64,000 bases of DNA from Methylococcaceae bacterium (GTDB taxonomy: Bacteria > Pseudomonadota > Gammaproteobacteria > Methylococcales > Methylomonadaceae): contig CANGLL010000001.1 in assembly GCA_947454605.1 (NCBI GenBank), positions 31,523 to 95,522 of the forward strand. The letters are read 5' to 3'. A program made the position numbers and the translations under genes. Under the pieces are notes generated by a model. It saw nothing but the letters and a program-made list of their open reading frames with translations. It was not told the DNA's origin and ran no database searches. This document shows positions 62,241 through 64,000 of this stretch, in pieces. How positions within the stretch are numbered: the first letter of the stretch is position 1; each line of letters opens with the position of its first letter.

Positions 62241-63347
62241 ATGTCTAAGCAACCCATCTTAAAGCTGCGTGGTGTTAATTTAGGGGGCTGGTTGGTCTTA
62301 GAAAAATGGATGACGCCCAGTCTATTTGAGGGATTACAAGCCGTTGATGAAACCAGTTATTGTGTTGAGTTAGGTACTCGTGCACAGCAGACCTTAACGG
62401 CTCATTGGCAACATTTTATTACGATTAAAGACTTTGCTTGGTTAGCCAGTATAGGTATAAATGCGGTTAGAATCCCGATTGGGCATTGGATCTTTGGTGA
62501 TGATTACCCTTATCATCCGGCGTATGGTGAATGTCGGCAGCCTTATGTAAAAGGAGGTATAGCGATCTTAGATCAGGCGTTTGACTGGGCAGAGCAGTAT
62601 GGGTTAAAAGTGGTCTTAGATTTACATGCCGCCCCAGGATGTCAAAATGGCTTTGATAATGGCGGTATTGTAAATGTCTGTGATTGGCCTATTAATCCTC
62701 CTTATATCGATTATTCCTTAGACGTTTTAGAACGCCTTGCTAAGCGCTATCAATACAATTCTGCGTTACACGCAATTGAAGTACTCAATGAACCGCGTTG
62801 GGATATTGCTACGGATCTATTAAAAACCTACACCCAAGACGCTTACCAACGCATAAGAAAATATTGCACAGCCGAAAAGGTAGCGATTGTCTTTCATGAT
62901 GGCTTTAGATCATTTCATGAATATGAGGGGTTTTTAACAGCACCGACATTTAGCAATGTGGTATTTGATATGCACCGCTATCAGTGTTTTACCCAAGAGG
63001 ATCTAGATTTAGATATCTACGGACACATCAATAAAAGCATTACTGACTGGCAACAAGAGGCAGATGACGTTATCACCCATTCTGGGCGTGCCAGTTATAT
63101 CGGTGAATGGAGTTTAGGGTTAGATTTAAAAACCGAAACTTTATGGCAACAAGCGGTGTTTGATTATCCCATAGACACTATTGATGAGTTTCAAAAACGA
63201 TTGCTTTATAAAAGCTATGCAACCGCACAATTATTGACCTTTGAGAAGTATTTAGGCTGGTTCTTTTGGAGCTATAAAACCGAGACTGCACCGGCTTGGA
63301 GTTTTAAAGACTGTGTTAAAAATGGTTGGTTACCGAGCAGGTTTTGA
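62241..63347 (+). CDS. Glycoside hydrolase family 5 (exo-beta-1,3-glucanase-like), no signal peptide
   Basis: RGVNLGGWLVLEKW, VRIPIG, DLHAAPG, NEP acid/base, GEWS nucleophile, GWFFWSYK. Confidence 0.9.
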   Translation: MSKQPILKLRGVNLGGWLVLEKWMTPSLFEGLQAVDETSYCVELGTRAQQTLTAHWQHFITIKDFAWLASIGINAVRIPIGHWIFGDDYPYHPAYGECRQPYVKGGIAILDQAFDWAEQYGLKVVLDLHAAPGCQNGFDNGGIVNVCDWPINPPYIDYSLDVLERLAKRYQYNSALHAIEVLNEPRWDIATDLLKTYTQDAYQRIRKYCTAEKVAIVFHDGFRSFHEYEGFLTAPTFSNVVFDMHRYQCFTQEDLDLDIYGHINKSITDWQQEADDVITHSGRASYIGEWSLGLDLKTETLWQQAVFDYPIDTIDEFQKRLLYKSYATAQLLTFEKYLGWFFWSYKTETAPAWSFKDCVKNGWLPSRF

Positions 63348-63417
63348 ATGCTTTACCGTGTTGTATAATAAAGCGCGTGAAATGTAAAAATTGCTTAGCC
63401 CCTAACAAACAAGAACG

Positions 63418-63606
63418 ATGATCCAAAGTACAAACACCACTTTTCAAACTTCTACAATTACCCGCAACCATCGTGAAACACACCATAAACACAAAAGTTT
63501 TTGTTTGTGGTTTACGGGGTTATCGGGTTCAGGTAAATCCACCTTGGCCCATGCTGTGGAGGCTCGATTACATGAAACCGGGCACTCGACGCTCGTTTTA
63601 TATTAA
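63418..63606 (+). pseudogene. cysC: Adenylyl-sulfate kinase, 3'-truncated fragment
   Basis: [19 protein letters not shown]-loop; stops after TLVL, just before the expected LDGD motif, at the palindromic element. Confidence 0.85.
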
Positions 63607-63641
63607 AGGGGTCTTATTAAAGGGGTCTGACCCCTTTAATA
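63601..63641. repeat. REP-like palindrome with a duplicated left arm
   Basis: TATTAAAGGGGTCT twice (63601-63614, 63615-63628); 63615-63641 is the perfect palindrome TATTAAAGGGGTC-T-GACCCCTTTAATA. Confidence 0.85.
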
Positions 63642-63860
63642 CTTTTGATAGTGCATGGCAGGCAATCCAAAGGTCATTTGCGCCAATTGGCGTACCTGCT
63701 GTTTTTAGCAACGTAAACTGTGTAGCGTAGTGTTGGCATAAGTAAAGAAAGACATACACAACGCGGATTCTTTATCCAGTGCATTGATGCGTTCGGCCAC
63801 AGCAGGGGGGGTGTTTTTAAGCAAATAGATGAGAATATTGGTGTCCAACATGTAAATCAT
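63642..63860 (-). pseudogene. vapC: VapC (PIN domain) toxin pseudogene: internal deletion/frameshift and 3' truncation
   Basis: From ATG 63860: MIYMLDTNILIYLLKN...MSFFTYA, then stop at 63705. A second frame has CQHYATQFTLLKTAGTPIGANDLWIACHALS, ending at the palindrome. Confidence 0.85.
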
Positions 63861-64000
63861 AAAGACTCGCGATCCTGCATAACGGACTGTTGCTGATAAT
63901 CTCGTTCAAGCTGGCTAACAAAATCGTCATCAAATCCGTTCAGGACAGCCAATAAAGCCATGCCACGATTAATCGGCAACGGATGAATCACCAAATCGCA
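63857..64000 (-). CDS. vapB: VapB antitoxin (AbrB/MazE/SpoVT type), 3' part
   Basis: ...DLVIHPLP...GFDDDFV...MQDRESL*; TGA overlaps the vapC ATG (ATGA). Confidence 0.75.
   Translation of the reverse strand, partial: CDLVIHPLPINRGMALLAVLNGFDDDFVSQLERDYQQQSVMQDRESL

Noticed and set aside
63601-63641. CRISPR repeat or IS terminal inverted repeat
   Set aside because: No spacers, cas genes or transposase; it is a single palindrome with a partial duplication.
63473-63730. 85-aa plus-strand ORF containing KGSDPF
   Set aside because: Chimeric frame across the cysC remnant, the palindrome and antisense vapC; GSDP is just the translated palindrome.

Overview
Low-GC gammaproteobacterial chromosome segment, most likely a Methylococcales methanotroph (inferred from MxaD/MxaE-like genes and the gene set; not proven). 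1-15 kb is an accessory-type hub. It holds two DUF1538 membrane proteins with a P-II gene (cut by the window edge), an oppositely oriented alanine dehydrogenase, and two divergent CzcCBA-like heavy-metal RND systems. Each RND system ends in a P-II-fold gene (a P-II and a His-rich DUF3240), and a sigma54-type promoter precedes the left one. 15-58 kb is mostly core genome: pat-type acetyltransferase, HAD/rppH, epmB-efp-epmA, bamA-skp-fabZ-lpxA-rnhB (no lpxD/lpxB), srkA-topA-smg-dprA, def-fmt-rsmB-DUF4390-ntrYX, rplM-rpsI, minCDE, PepSY-TM plus a NitT/TauT-type ABC transporter, rpsT, murJ-ribF-ileS-lspA, ampD, mltB, fabAB, ttcA, rnd. 58.6-64 kb carries mxaD/mxaE-like genes, a small hypothetical gene, an ABC half-transporter with a degenerate ATPase next to a GH5 glucanase, and a decayed junction. 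At that junction a GGGGTCTGACCCC palindrome joins a truncated cysC to a doubly broken vapC, followed by a partial vapB. rnhB and dprA appear to need near-cognate start codons (ATA, CTG). No rRNA, tRNA, CRISPR array or transposase was seen.
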